Positions 30,399-40,326 of a stretch of DNA of 64,000 bases are shown piece by piece. Numbering within the stretch: the stretch's first letter is position 1; each line of letters opens with the position of its first letter. The position numbers and the translations under genes are program-made. The notes under the pieces are model-generated. The model made no database searches and had not been told where the DNA came from. It saw nothing but the letters and a program-made list of their open reading frames with translations. The stretch comes from Patescibacteria group bacterium. GTDB taxonomy: Bacteria > Patescibacteriota > Microgenomatia > UBA8517. Location of the stretch: contig DAITMO010000001.1 in assembly GCA_036835125.1 (NCBI GenBank), positions 609,399-673,398 of the forward strand, in the 5' to 3' direction.

Positions 30399-31157
30399 CT
30401 AAGGGTGTAGTGTACCTTTGATAGCCCTATCAAATAAATCCATTAAAGGATACATTCCTTGCTCCATACTTGGATAACGATCAATAACAATAAGCTGATC
30501 ATGACAAAAGTCAGGTTGCATTTTTCCAAATGGAACATTGACAACAAGTAGGTTTTTTATACCAGAATTCAAAGCTGTCCTTGTAAAAGTAATTGAATCA
30601 TCAACAAATACTACCCAAGGTGCCATTTTTGAAAGTCTTTCTAATTCACCAGCTTTGTAAATAGCTGTGTCTTCGTGACTAATTATTCCACCATCTTTTC
30701 TCATCAAAATATTTTCAAACAGAATAAGAGGAAGTTCACGCTTGAAGCTTTCTTCTGTAGCTTTTCGTAAATCCGGATTTCTAGCCGTTAAAACATAATT
30801 ATTTTTCTGCCCATAAAGAGAAATGGTTTTATTGACAAGTGGCTTTATATAAAGATATCTATGGGCACGTTTAATTAAATCTGCGCTGTACCATCCGTCT
30901 TCTGCATGTTCTATATCGTCATTGCTTAGATTGTTTTCTTTTGCAACTTTAGTTAAATAATTCCAACTATCATAATCATCTAAGTTTACTTTGATTCCGT
31001 GTTTAATATAAAAATCGTCAGAAACATCTTTTGCTAAATTTATCAAAGTTAAATCAGCATCATAAACAATAATTGTATTAGGGTTTCCAACAATTTCTTT
31101 AAATAGTTGTAAATTACCATTAAACAAATTTTCTAAATGATATGGCTTTCTTTCCAT
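30399..31157 (-). CDS. HAD-superfamily hydrolase (possible 5'-nucleotidase-like)
   Basis: Motif I IIVYDADLTL (DxDxT) and VVFVDDS (motif IV-like). Confidence 0.45.
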   Translation of the reverse strand: MERKPYHLENLFNGNLQLFKEIVGNPNTIIVYDADLTLINLAKDVSDDFYIKHGIKVNLDDYDSWNYLTKVAKENNLSNDDIEHAEDGWYSADLIKRAHRYLYIKPLVNKTISLYGQKNNYVLTARNPDLRKATEESFKRELPLILFENILMRKDGGIISHEDTAIYKAGELERLSKMAPWVVFVDDSITFTRTALNSGIKNLLVVNVPFGKMQPDFCHDQLIVIDRYPSMEQGMYPLMDLFDRAIKGTLHP

Positions 31158-31203
31158 AGAAGCCTTTTTAACACACTTTCTAGTCTTTTTCCATGCCTAA
31201 TTT

Positions 31204-31212
31204 GAGGCTAAA
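31204..31212 (+). repeat. TGAGGCTAA motif copy (in ATTTGAGGCTAAAACCTC)
   Basis: Same 12-mer ATTTGAGGCTAA as at 24201. Same 14-mer TGAGGCTAAAACCT as at 63536. Confidence 0.4.
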
Positions 31213-31740
31213 ACCTCACCAAATCGATTTTAACGCGTTATTGGCAAAAAGATGAATAATGCATCATCTAATCTTCCCATGTTTACGGGAAAAACAATAC
31301 AAATTATCAAAATTCTGTATTTCTATAAACATTTGCCAAAAAACAGGGGAGGGGGACAAAACGCCAAAAATTCATTCGGCTAAGTTTCGGAGGGATAGGT
31401 TTTAGAGAAAACAAAAAATAGAGGATTTTAAATAAAAAAAATAAATAATTTATGAACATCTATTAACAGAAACATTTTGAAAGGTAAAAATACTACACTA
31501 CCCTCGACAGCTTTAGATTACGTCGCAAAAGTTATATTGTGCGACTATATACAATTTACCTCCCTAAGGGTATATATATCATTATTTCTCACATAACCCT
31601 TCTAAGAGGACTGTATGAAGCCTTTATAAATAACACTAAAAATACATCTACTGTTCTCTAATAGGAAGATATAAAACAATAACCTTATTAATTACTTATC
31701 CACAATAATAAACACATTACCAATGGGAAATACACTACTC

Positions 31741-31749
31741 TGAGGCTAA
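31741..31749 (+). repeat. TGAGGCTAA motif copy
   Basis: Exact 9-mer inside the ORF-free region. Confidence 0.35.
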
Positions 31750-31969
31750 TAACTATATCAAACTATACAAATTACCCATGAATCTACACTTCGGTTTTTT
31801 TTCGAATGATTGTCAACGTCGTATTTCGTGAAAATACCTATAATATTTCGTGAAAACATAATGTCCTATAACTATAAACATATGAAATTATAGGATATGT
31901 CACTCCTCTCCTCCCCTCTTTGTGTGTCTCTATTTTTTTAGATGAAGATTATGTTTATTTTATATTTAT

Positions 31970-32740
31970 TTAGCCACCCCAATGCGTAGAAATAAACATT
32001 GCAGCAAATATAAGAATACCCACTACTAGGTGTTCCCTAATAGTTGAAGAAAAAAGCCTACCTTCGAGCTTTGCCTGGCCCAAACCTAACAGCATATAAA
32101 ACGAGGCTGTTAGAAATAGTGATCCAACAACGATTGTGACAGGCCAAAAATAAATTGCTGCCGAAAGTTCTGCAGTTAAAAGAGAAAAAATAGTTGAAAA
32201 AAATATTAACTTTTTAGTGTTATCTGAATCTAGAACCATTGACCAAAGCCCTTGTAAATAAAGAGGGAAAGATAAAATAAAAACTAAAGGAACAACATAA
32301 TAAACCTCTGTTCTAACAGACAAAACTGCATCGAAAACAAGGAAAGAAGTCAAAAGTGTGAGTACAAAACCTACTCCCCTAGCTGCACGTAATAATGCAA
32401 TCGTACGTACTGCTGCCACTGAATAAATGTTTGCTGTCAAGCAAAGAACATATATTCCCAATGCATAAAATATCACAACTGGTATTCTCGCAAAAATATT
32501 TGCAGGAAGTAAAAACCAGAAAAACCCTACTCCAAGTGTAAACATTACAGGAAGAATAAGGGTCATAAGGGTCATATTCTTTCCTAAATTCTCAAAGAGT
32601 GACCAAAAAAACAAACCAGCCGTCAGTAATCCCAAAACCCCTATTGCCCAAAATCTATTCTGATCATTTAGAAACTGAATTCCAATAAAACCGAGTGAAA
32701 GAATAAGCGAGGTTATTACAAAACGAGTACGTTTGGACAT
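31970..32740 (-). CDS. polytopic membrane protein, unknown function
   Basis: 256 aa with at least seven hydrophobic helices. Confidence 0.5.
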   Translation of the reverse strand: MSKRTRFVITSLILSLGFIGIQFLNDQNRFWAIGVLGLLTAGLFFWSLFENLGKNMTLMTLILPVMFTLGVGFFWFLLPANIFARIPVVIFYALGIYVLCLTANIYSVAAVRTIALLRAARGVGFVLTLLTSFLVFDAVLSVRTEVYYVVPLVFILSFPLYLQGLWSMVLDSDNTKKLIFFSTIFSLLTAELSAAIYFWPVTIVVGSLFLTASFYMLLGLGQAKLEGRLFSSTIREHLVVGILIFAAMFISTHWGG

Positions 32741-32771
32741 ATATATTTCAAATAAATTTCACAACAGGTAA

Positions 32772-33509
32772 TTACTGAATTTGGCTCATTACAGAATCGG
32801 GAATGTCTGCATTTGTAAATACTCTTTGGACATCATCCATGTTTTCAACCTCATCAATAAACTTCATTACTTTTTGCGCCACAGAAACATCATTTATTGA
32901 AGTTAACATCTTGGGTTTCATTTGAAGTTCCATATCCTTTACTTCAAAGCCTTGTTCCACCAATTTTTTTTGTACTTCACTAAGTTTATCAGGTGCCGTA
33001 TAAACCTCAAACTCGCTACCAACATCTTCCATATCCTCTGCTCCAGAATCAATTATTGAAAGCATTTGAGTGTCACTATCTTCATTCTTTTTAACAACCA
33101 AAAATCCTTTGTTTTCAAAATTGAAAGCAACGGAGTTTGGTCCTCCCATGCTACCCCCTGCCCTATTAAAAACATTTCCAATTTCCTGTGCAGTTCTATT
33201 TTTGTTATCTGAAGCAACTTGAATCATAACGTTTATTCCACTAGGACCAAAACCCTCATATGTTATCTCTTCAAGATTTGAGGCTTCAGTTGTAGCTTTA
33301 GCAATTGCGCGTTCTATGTTTTCTTTAGGCATTGATGCAGCCCTAGCTTTATCTATTTCAAAACGAAGTTTAAAGTTCATGTCTGGATCTGGTCCAGATT
33401 TAGCAGCAATCATTATAGATCTCGCTAATTTACTAAACAAATTTCCTTTGAGAGCATCGTTTGCTTGCTTCTGACGTTTGATTGTTGCAAAGTGGGAATG
33501 TCCGCTCAT
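32772..33509 (-). CDS. yebC: YebC/PmpR-family transcriptional regulatory protein
   Basis: MSGHSHFATIKRQKQANDALKGNLFSKLARSIMIAAKSGPDPDMNFKLRFEIDKARAASMPKENIERAI. Confidence 0.9.
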   Translation of the reverse strand: MSGHSHFATIKRQKQANDALKGNLFSKLARSIMIAAKSGPDPDMNFKLRFEIDKARAASMPKENIERAIAKATTEASNLEEITYEGFGPSGINVMIQVASDNKNRTAQEIGNVFNRAGGSMGGPNSVAFNFENKGFLVVKKNEDSDTQMLSIIDSGAEDMEDVGSEFEVYTAPDKLSEVQKKLVEQGFEVKDMELQMKPKMLTSINDVSVAQKVMKFIDEVENMDDVQRVFTNADIPDSVMSQIQ

Positions 33510-33606
33510 GAAGCTATTTTACCAAAAAATAGATCAAGATAAAAGTACCCTAAACAACTACTTGACATTGCTCCCCACCCACCTATACTCAATTACAGTT
33601 AATTAA

Positions 33607-34299
33607 ATGGACAATTCTGCCGCCCAAAATGCAATTAGTTTAGCGCTTTTAGGAAAGTGGAGTGAAGCAATTGATGCAAATCTCAAAATTCTAAAAGAAA
33701 ACTCCAATGACGTAGAAGCACTTTGCAGACTTACCCGTGCATATTCAGAAATAGGCAAAATTAAAGATGCAAAAGAAACCGCAAATAAAGTTTTAAATAT
33801 TGATCCCACGAATCAGATAGCAATTAAATTTCTAGAGAAACTAAAGCACACAAAGACCCCAGGAAAACAATCATCCAGAGTGTGTGTCGAATCCTTTTTA
33901 GAAGAGCCTGGAAAAACAAGAATGATTGAACTTGTAAACTTAGGAAACCCTGAAAACCTTGCTGGAATTGACCCTGGAGATGAGGTAAAGATTACTACTT
34001 ATTCTCATAGAGTTTCTATAACATCCTATGAGGGTAAATATTTAGGAAGACTCCCCGATGACATATCAGCAAGGCTTAAATATATGATTAAAAACGGATG
34101 CAAATATTTAGCACTAGTCAAATCAATTAGTCACAAGAGTATTACTGTATTTATTAGAGAAATTGAAAAAGGATCCAAACTTGAAGGATCAGCCTCTTTC
34201 CCTCCTGAAAAAATTGAATATGTAAGCTTCACTCCACCTGAGCTTGTACACAAAGACACTCCAGACGTTGAATCAATTGAAGAGTCGGCTGAAGAATAA
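33607..34299 (+). CDS. TPR-repeat protein
   Basis: N-terminal half has TPR-like helical repeats (ALLGKWSEAIDANLKILKEN...ALCRLTRAYSEIGKIKDAKETANKVLNIDPTN). Confidence 0.4.
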   Translation: MDNSAAQNAISLALLGKWSEAIDANLKILKENSNDVEALCRLTRAYSEIGKIKDAKETANKVLNIDPTNQIAIKFLEKLKHTKTPGKQSSRVCVESFLEEPGKTRMIELVNLGNPENLAGIDPGDEVKITTYSHRVSITSYEGKYLGRLPDDISARLKYMIKNGCKYLALVKSISHKSITVFIREIEKGSKLEGSASFPPEKIEYVSFTPPELVHKDTPDVESIEESAEE

Positions 34300-35226
34300 C
34301 TAGAATCTTTCTGCAAACTTTTTGCCAATTCTTATATCCAAATCAAAAGGAGAATCTTTTCTCTCTATCCTGCATGAAAAAAGCTCTGAAATTTTCTTTA
34401 TCATATTTAAATCTTTTCCTTGGATAACACAGTCAGTGTCGTGAGAAGAACCTCTGTTTATTGAAACTACCTTTCCCCCTATTACCTGAATTATTTCTCC
34501 AAGTTTTTCAGATATACCTACAGTTCCAGTTTCATCAGAAATATTAACTCTCAAAAGTTTATTCTCTATTTCATTATCCGAAAAATAAACCGTAAGTCTT
34601 TGAGAAATCGGTCCATCTATCCAGCAGCCAAGTTGGCCATCTTTCAACTTTCCACAAGATAAAAACTTGCTTTCTTTTAAATCAATTTTTGATTTTCCCA
34701 ATTCAGATACTTTTGAGGCAAAAGTCATAATTCTAAGTCTATCTCCAAAATGAATATTTGTACGTCCTGGAAAGAAAACAAAGCTAAGCCTATTTTTTAA
34801 ACTTCCATCTAGAAGTCCTGGATCCTTTCCTGTCCATAAAGTAATTGGAAAAAGAAAATTTTGGGTAACAGTTTCTGAAAGAAGATTTCCTCCTAAGTTT
34901 TCATTTATACCAAGCTGCCAAACATTTTTAATTCTTAAAGCGCCAAAATTCCTTGCAACATCAACTTCAGTTTCTCCCGGAATTACAAAAGTTGTTAATT
35001 CAGTCAATCTTGGATCCATTACAACAATTTCGACATTGTCAGCTGATGGATATGCAAATGCTACTTTGTTTACTCCGTCCCAAACATGAGTATTAAGTTT
35101 AACAATAAAAAAAACTGTGGCTATCAAAAAGGCTGGTAAAGTGATCTTCCATGACAGAAATCTTATGTTCTCTTTTTTCTTTTTTGATTTTCTTTCACTA
35201 AAAGCTTTTCTTCGAGCAGATTTCAT
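34300..35226 (-). CDS. LytR-CpsA-Psr (LCP) family cell-envelope protein
   Basis: Basic N-terminus, single TM helix, then ...IVVMDPRLTELTTFVIPGETEVDVARNFGALRIKNVWQLGINENLGG, resembling the LCP core. Confidence 0.45.
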   Translation of the reverse strand: MKSARRKAFSERKSKKKKENIRFLSWKITLPAFLIATVFFIVKLNTHVWDGVNKVAFAYPSADNVEIVVMDPRLTELTTFVIPGETEVDVARNFGALRIKNVWQLGINENLGGNLLSETVTQNFLFPITLWTGKDPGLLDGSLKNRLSFVFFPGRTNIHFGDRLRIMTFASKVSELGKSKIDLKESKFLSCGKLKDGQLGCWIDGPISQRLTVYFSDNEIENKLLRVNISDETGTVGISEKLGEIIQVIGGKVVSINRGSSHDTDCVIQGKDLNMIKKISELFSCRIERKDSPFDLDIRIGKKFAERF

Positions 35227-35242
35227 TTTTTTATTGTATTAT

Positions 35243-36901
35243 CTAGCTTAATCCTCTAAAAATAATTTTAGGCCAATGGTTCTTTATTTGATCTACAAGA
35301 TATGCACCCGATACTTTTTCGGGAAGTATTACATAGTCAGCTCCCAATTCTTTTAATATTTCTACATGGTTTTTATCTTCAGCTCTCATTACAACTTTTG
35401 CATCTGACTTACTTTTTCTTATTTCAGTAAGAAGAATCTCATTGTCCTCTAGTGCTGGTGCTGTTGAAATAATAAGCTTGGTGTTTGGAAGATCCAAGCT
35501 TTCTATTACGTCGGGGTCCCCCACATCTCCATAGATTACATTTATTCCTTTTTCTTCAAGTTCTTTAACAACATGTGGATTAAAGTCCATTACAACCAAA
35601 GGAATGCTTTCGTGAGTCAAGTATTCAACAATGGGCCTACCTATTCTATCTGCACCAACAATAACAACATGGTCTAGCAACCCCTCTTGGCTTTTTATCT
35701 CCATATAATGCTTCCCTTTCTTTCTTTCTATCAAACGAATGAGGGGTAATACAAAATGATAGAGTTTTCTACTTTGGTAAATCAGAATTGATGAAGAAAT
35801 TATAGAAATTACTCCAACTGTTGCCATAACAGACACTGCCATTGACGACACAATTCCGTAGTTTTGTCCTACAACCAAAACAATTAAAGAAAATTCAGAA
35901 ATCTGGGAAAGATTAAGTGCAGTCAAATAAAGAGTGTGCTTTCTAAAACCAAAACGACTTAATAAAAGTGTATAAATTAAAGGTTTAATAACTAATGCAT
36001 AAGCAGAAAATATTGCTATTGCCCATGCACCATCAATTAGATAATCAAACTTAATTTGGGAACCAAGATATACGAAAAAAAGAGTCAAAAAAAAGTCTCT
36101 TAATGGTTTAATTTTACCCTGAATCTGAAAATGATATGGGGAGGAAGCCAAAGCAACTCCTGCCAAGAAGGCCCCTATCTCAACAGAAAATCCTGCAAGC
36201 ATTGAAAGGGATGTAAATATAAAGCACCAAGTAATTGAGGTAAAAAACAATAGCTCAGTTGACTTTGCTACCTTGTCAAACAGTTTTGGTAGTAAGTATT
36301 TTGCTAGTATAAACGCAAGAAGAAATAGTCCCACTCCTTTTAATACTAAAGCCAAAAGGGGCCAGCTATTTTGTAAACCCAAATTTAAAGCTGATGCACT
36401 TACCGATACAACCATCAAACAAACAATTGCTACAACGTCTTCGACTAGAAGCATTCCAATTGAAAGTTTGCCATGGAGGGAAGCCATATCTCTATGCTCT
36501 ATAAGCATTTTTATAACCACTACTGTTGAAGAAAATGCTAATCCCAAACCAATGAAAACCCCTTCTCTATCACCAAATCCTAACGCTCTTGAAATTACAA
36601 AACCTAGAAATGTAGAAATTATCACCTGCCCTAATGCTGTTAGTATTATTGGTAAACCTAATGATTTAACTTCCTTTAAATCAAGCTCCATTCCAATCAG
36701 AAAAAGAACGAAGGCAATGCCAATTTCAGGCAAAACGTGTAAAACCATTGAATCCCCTGTTCTAAAAACTGAAAAGGCAGAAATCGCAACTCCTGCTAAA
36801 AGGTATGAAACGATTAAGGGAAGCTTCAGCTTAAGAGCAATTAGTCCCAAGACTGAGGAAACTGAAAGGATGATTGCAAACTGGACAAAGATATTTTCCA
36901 T
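35243..36901 (-). CDS. CPA2 cation:proton antiporter with C-terminal RCK/TrkA-N domain (KefB/KefC-like)
   Basis: About 12 TM helices, then VVIVGADRIGRPIVEYLTHESIPLVVMD (Rossmann GxGxxG). Confidence 0.8.
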   Translation of the reverse strand: MENIFVQFAIILSVSSVLGLIALKLKLPLIVSYLLAGVAISAFSVFRTGDSMVLHVLPEIGIAFVLFLIGMELDLKEVKSLGLPIILTALGQVIISTFLGFVISRALGFGDREGVFIGLGLAFSSTVVVIKMLIEHRDMASLHGKLSIGMLLVEDVVAIVCLMVVSVSASALNLGLQNSWPLLALVLKGVGLFLLAFILAKYLLPKLFDKVAKSTELLFFTSITWCFIFTSLSMLAGFSVEIGAFLAGVALASSPYHFQIQGKIKPLRDFFLTLFFVYLGSQIKFDYLIDGAWAIAIFSAYALVIKPLIYTLLLSRFGFRKHTLYLTALNLSQISEFSLIVLVVGQNYGIVSSMAVSVMATVGVISIISSSILIYQSRKLYHFVLPLIRLIERKKGKHYMEIKSQEGLLDHVVIVGADRIGRPIVEYLTHESIPLVVMDFNPHVVKELEEKGINVIYGDVGDPDVIESLDLPNTKLIISTAPALEDNEILLTEIRKSKSDAKVVMRAEDKNHVEILKELGADYVILPEKVSGAYLVDQIKNHWPKIIFRGLS

Positions 36902-36994
36902 GTATTTTTCAGTTTAGAGTCTATAAACTCCTCTGTAAAGTACTTTTAGGTTTAAATTTAGAAATTGATATAAGGATACAAATAAAAAAATAAA

Positions 36995-38011
36995 TTACCA
37001 CAAATTAATTATTCCTTTATGAAGCAAATATTCAACATAGATAAATCCTACATAGATAAGAAAAAGTACAAGTCCTTCAATTCTTGAAATCGTGTTTTTT
37101 GTGCGGGCAAAATAGAAAAATAGAACAAGTGCTAAAACAAGGAAAATTAAGCTTATTGCATAACTATTTGTTAGTATTATCTTTTCTTTGTATATTAGTG
37201 TTAATAAGCCAAATATAAAAGTATTAAATGCAGCTGATCCTACATAATCTCCAAATGCAATTTGATGATTACGCATAAAAATAGTTCTAGCAGCTAAAGA
37301 TAATTCGGGCAAATTTGTACCAAATGAAACAACTATCAAACTAAGAAGAAATGGAGAAATGTTTAAAGCTTCTGAAAAATAATGTGTTTGTTCAACTGCA
37401 AAACGGCTTGAAATAAAAATTAGAGCAACACCAAAAAGAATTCTAAGTAAACTCTTTCCTATCCCCACTTTGTATTTATCCTTTACTTTTTCAATGTGTT
37501 CAATGACTTTATCTTTACTCTGTACTCCAACTACCAAAAAACCAAAAATAATTAAAGACAATATTCCATCAAATTTACTTACAACTCCATCCATTACCAT
37601 AATTGCAGGAAGAGCAATGGTTACAAGTGATGCAGGAAGGTTAAAACCTTGAAGCTCTGCTGAAATTCTAATCGATTTTCCAAATATTGCAATTATAGGA
37701 ATTAAAAGCATAAAAAGAATCATTGAAGCTCCAATTAAGTTGCCTACAAAAATTTCAGGGTCATTCTCCATAACAGAATTAAGACCAACAGAAAATTCAC
37801 TAACTGAAGTAAATGCTCCAAGAACCAAAAATGAAACAATAAAAGAAGAAATCTTAAAAGAACTAGACATTCTCTCAACTGCTTTTATAACAAAACCTGA
37901 CCCAACCCAAATACCTATAAAAGATAATATATAAATTAAAATGTGGACAGCCATTTTAGTATAAAACCATTTTACCAGAGAAAATGAAGAGTATCGAGCT
38001 ATAAGCTTCAA
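36995..38011 (-). CDS. Ca2+/Na+ antiporter (CaCA family, YrbG-like)
   Basis: Two alpha-repeat halves, including GTNLPELSLAARTI. Confidence 0.7.
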   Translation of the reverse strand: MKLIARYSSFSLVKWFYTKMAVHILIYILSFIGIWVGSGFVIKAVERMSSSFKISSFIVSFLVLGAFTSVSEFSVGLNSVMENDPEIFVGNLIGASMILFMLLIPIIAIFGKSIRISAELQGFNLPASLVTIALPAIMVMDGVVSKFDGILSLIIFGFLVVGVQSKDKVIEHIEKVKDKYKVGIGKSLLRILFGVALIFISSRFAVEQTHYFSEALNISPFLLSLIVVSFGTNLPELSLAARTIFMRNHQIAFGDYVGSAAFNTFIFGLLTLIYKEKIILTNSYAISLIFLVLALVLFFYFARTKNTISRIEGLVLFLIYVGFIYVEYLLHKGIINLW

Positions 38012-38712
38012 ACTCTACGAATAATTATTAAAACGTTTTCCAAATCCTCGGGAAGGTTTGATGAAAACTCAATAGACTTATTGGTAAAAGGATGGATAAA
38101 TTTAATTGATGCTGCATGTAAAAAAAGCCTTGGACACCACTTTCTATCATTTCTTGCAGTTTTTCTTCCTGCATAGAATTCGTCAGAAACTATTGCGTGT
38201 CCTATGTGTTTACAATGAATTCTAATTTGATGTGTTCTTCCTGTCTTTGGATGAAATTCAACTAAAGAGTGCCCTGCATTATTCCCTGGGAAAAACTCAA
38301 GAACTTTATAAAAAGTTTGAGAAGCACGTCCCCCTGCAACTACCCCGAACCTATCCCTTCTCCAAGGAAGGCGCCCTACTGAAACGTTAATTTCCCCTTC
38401 AGCTGGAGTTAGTTTCCCATGAACTAATGCAACATATGTTTTTTCTACTTCCCTAGCCTTAAACTCTGCCTGAAGCTTATCAAAGGCTTCTTTGGTTTTT
38501 GCAACAATCATTACTCCACTAGTTTCTTTATCAAGCCTATGAACTATTCCATGACGGGAGTCTGTGTCATTAACTAATAGATAATCGAATTTTCTAAGCC
38601 AAGTTTGTAGAACAGGTTGATTTTTGGTTGTAGTAGCCTCATTTACAATCCAACCTGCAGGTTTTTCAATTACAAACAGTGAATCATCTTCATATATAAT
38701 TTTGGGTTCCAT
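38008..38712 (-). CDS. RluA-family pseudouridine synthase
   Basis: HRLDKETSGVMIVAKT catalytic motif; 234 aa, no S4 domain. Confidence 0.8.
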   Translation of the reverse strand: MEPKIIYEDDSLFVIEKPAGWIVNEATTTKNQPVLQTWLRKFDYLLVNDTDSRHGIVHRLDKETSGVMIVAKTKEAFDKLQAEFKAREVEKTYVALVHGKLTPAEGEINVSVGRLPWRRDRFGVVAGGRASQTFYKVLEFFPGNNAGHSLVEFHPKTGRTHQIRIHCKHIGHAIVSDEFYAGRKTARNDRKWCPRLFLHAASIKFIHPFTNKSIEFSSNLPEDLENVLIIIRRV

Positions 38713-38735
38713 ACCTATATTCTATCAGATGAAGT

Positions 38736-39137
38736 TTATTTTTCTCTTTTAGCTGCATCTTTTGCGCATAATGTAGCAGTGGGATCAATCATGAGGCGTT
38801 TTGTATCAATAAGTTCTCCACATTCTTCACAGATACCATACTTCCCAATTTTTATTCTGGTTAATGCTTTTCTTACATTAATTATGTTTTTGTTTATTTC
38901 TTTTCCTATTGCTGAAGTTCTTGCGTGGCCAAACTGCTCATCCGCTTCTGCATCAGGAGAAGCATTATCATTTACTCTGTCACTATTGGCAAAAGGATCC
39001 TCTTTTGATATTTCTTTTTTTCTTTTTTCCAATGTATGAAGTTTTGCTGACAAAAAATCTGAGATAGGTTTTAATACACTGGCAGGAAAAGTTAATGTAT
39101 GATTTTCCTTTTTTGCTTCTTTCTTTGTATTTTTCAT
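38736..39137 (-). CDS. DksA/TraR-family zinc-finger protein
   Basis: C-terminal GICEECGELIDTKRLMIDPTATLCAKD (CxxC...C) with an N-terminal coiled-coil-like acidic region. Confidence 0.5.
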   Translation of the reverse strand: MKNTKKEAKKENHTLTFPASVLKPISDFLSAKLHTLEKRKKEISKEDPFANSDRVNDNASPDAEADEQFGHARTSAIGKEINKNIINVRKALTRIKIGKYGICEECGELIDTKRLMIDPTATLCAKDAAKREK

Positions 39138-39138
39138 A

Positions 39139-39738
39139 TTATTTGCTTCTCCCTAAATATACTAAAAGTCCAACGAGTATTAAGAATACAGAGCCAGATA
39201 GTACAATGTCAATGGTACCAGTAAAAGATACCACAGAAATTCCAAATCCCGCAACAATACTTCTTATCATAAAGAAAACAGCACCAGACAATAGACCAGC
39301 AAATCCTATTCTTCCAGATTTATACCAATTGAAAGATTTGTAGTTTAGGTCTAACCAATAGGAAATGAAAATTAATACAAGTGTTCCTACAAAACCCAAA
39401 AACGAGTAAAGAGAAGAGTTGATTACTGAGTCTTTAAAAAACATTAAAGAGATCATTGGTAAACCTGCCAAAATTATCGCTTCAAGTGTCTCAAAAAGTC
39501 TAAGTTTAAATTTAAAAAACATTAACAAAAAACCAATTAATATTCCTAACATAGATAACCAAAAGAAATATGATGGTAAAAATATCTTTGCAACAACTAA
39601 CCCTAGAGCGTTACCCAAAAGAACGGTTGTCGAAACCTGAAAAATAATATCTGAAGAATAGTCATCTCTTAATCTTTTCCAAAAAACATAGAGGAAAAGT
39701 AAGACACCAGTAATTCCTAAAAGAATACTTAGTAACAT
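39139..39738 (-). CDS. polytopic membrane protein, unknown function
   Basis: 199 aa, mostly hydrophobic helices. Confidence 0.4.
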   Translation of the reverse strand: MLLSILLGITGVLLFLYVFWKRLRDDYSSDIIFQVSTTVLLGNALGLVVAKIFLPSYFFWLSMLGILIGFLLMFFKFKLRLFETLEAIILAGLPMISLMFFKDSVINSSLYSFLGFVGTLVLIFISYWLDLNYKSFNWYKSGRIGFAGLLSGAVFFMIRSIVAGFGISVVSFTGTIDIVLSGSVFLILVGLLVYLGRSK

Positions 39739-39791
39739 ACTAAGATTATAATTCAGTAAGCGCTCAAAGTCAGCACCTTATTTGACCTCTT

Positions 39792-40280
39792 TTGGTTACT
39801 TTTGATATGATTAGTCTCACAATGCTTGAAACTCCTCATGTTTTTGTTGGGGCTGCGATTGCAACAAAAATTCCAAACCCCTGGGTTGCCATTCCTTTAG
39901 CTTTTATGAGCCACTTTGCATTGGAGATGGTTCCCCATTGGAACCCACACTTAAATACTGAAACTGAAAAATATGGACATATAACAAAAAGGAGTACGAT
40001 CGTAACTGCAGCTGATTCAACTTTCGCTCTCCTTTCAGGATCATTCATTGCATACCAATCACTCCCCGATTGGAAGCATGCACTAACTATTTTCTTTGCT
40101 TGTTTTGCCTCAATATTACCTGACCTTATGGAGTGCCCTTATTTCTTTTTAAATATAAAGTGGAAAATTATTGAAAAATGGATTAGTTTTCAAAAATCAA
40201 TCCAAAATGATGTTGCTATAATCCCAGGGGTTTTCACTCAGCTTCTAACTATCATTGGTGCAATTCTCTGGATAAAATAG
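39792..40280 (+). CDS. hypothetical membrane protein (His-rich, possible metal-dependent hydrolase-like)
   Basis: 162 aa with hydrophobic segments and conserved-looking His residues. Weak. Confidence 0.3.
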   Translation: MVTFDMISLTMLETPHVFVGAAIATKIPNPWVAIPLAFMSHFALEMVPHWNPHLNTETEKYGHITKRSTIVTAADSTFALLSGSFIAYQSLPDWKHALTIFFACFASILPDLMECPYFFLNIKWKIIEKWISFQKSIQNDVAIIPGVFTQLLTIIGAILWIK

Positions 40281-40326
40281 TTTAATTATTCAGCATTTAG
40301 CCTTGATTCATGGTAGAATATCGTAT

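Larger units (their letters stand above)
31158..31969. other. 812-nt AT-rich ORF-free region with DnaA-box-like TTATCCACA (31696..31704), hairpins and direct repeats; possible ncRNA, regulatory or relic region
   Basis: No ORF of 60 aa or more on either strand. Contents: the 20-mer TATTTCGTGAAAATACCTAT at 31822..31841 followed by partial repeat ATTTCGTGAAAA; two TGAGGCTAA copies (31204, 31741); inverted repeats GTCGCA-N12-TGCGAC and CCTATAA-N16-TTATAGG; GGGGAGGGGGA near the 5' end and CCTCTCCTCCCCTC near the 3' end. Confidence 0.3.

Noticed and set aside
30392-31568. Direct repeat TGTGCGACTA...TAAGGGT flanking the HAD gene (30392-30408 and 31538-31568), considered as attL/attR of an element mobilised by the adjacent recombinase
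   Set aside because: The match is only a 10-mer plus a 7-mer with a variable gap. About 2000 chance 10-mer repeats are expected in 64 kb. Copy 1 overlaps the HAD coding end. The interval would not include the recombinase gene.
31696-31704. Calling the ORF-free island the chromosomal origin (oriC) on the basis of the TTATCCACA DnaA box
   Set aside because: There is a single perfect box with only 2-mismatch neighbours, no dnaA or dnaN nearby, and GC skew cannot be computed here.
36273-36917. 214-aa plus-strand ORF antisense to the KefB-like antiporter; also 55463..56116 antisense to dnaX and 44189..44458 antisense to the HisRS-like gene
   Set aside because: These are low-complexity Ser/Thr/Pro-rich translations fully embedded opposite strongly supported genes.
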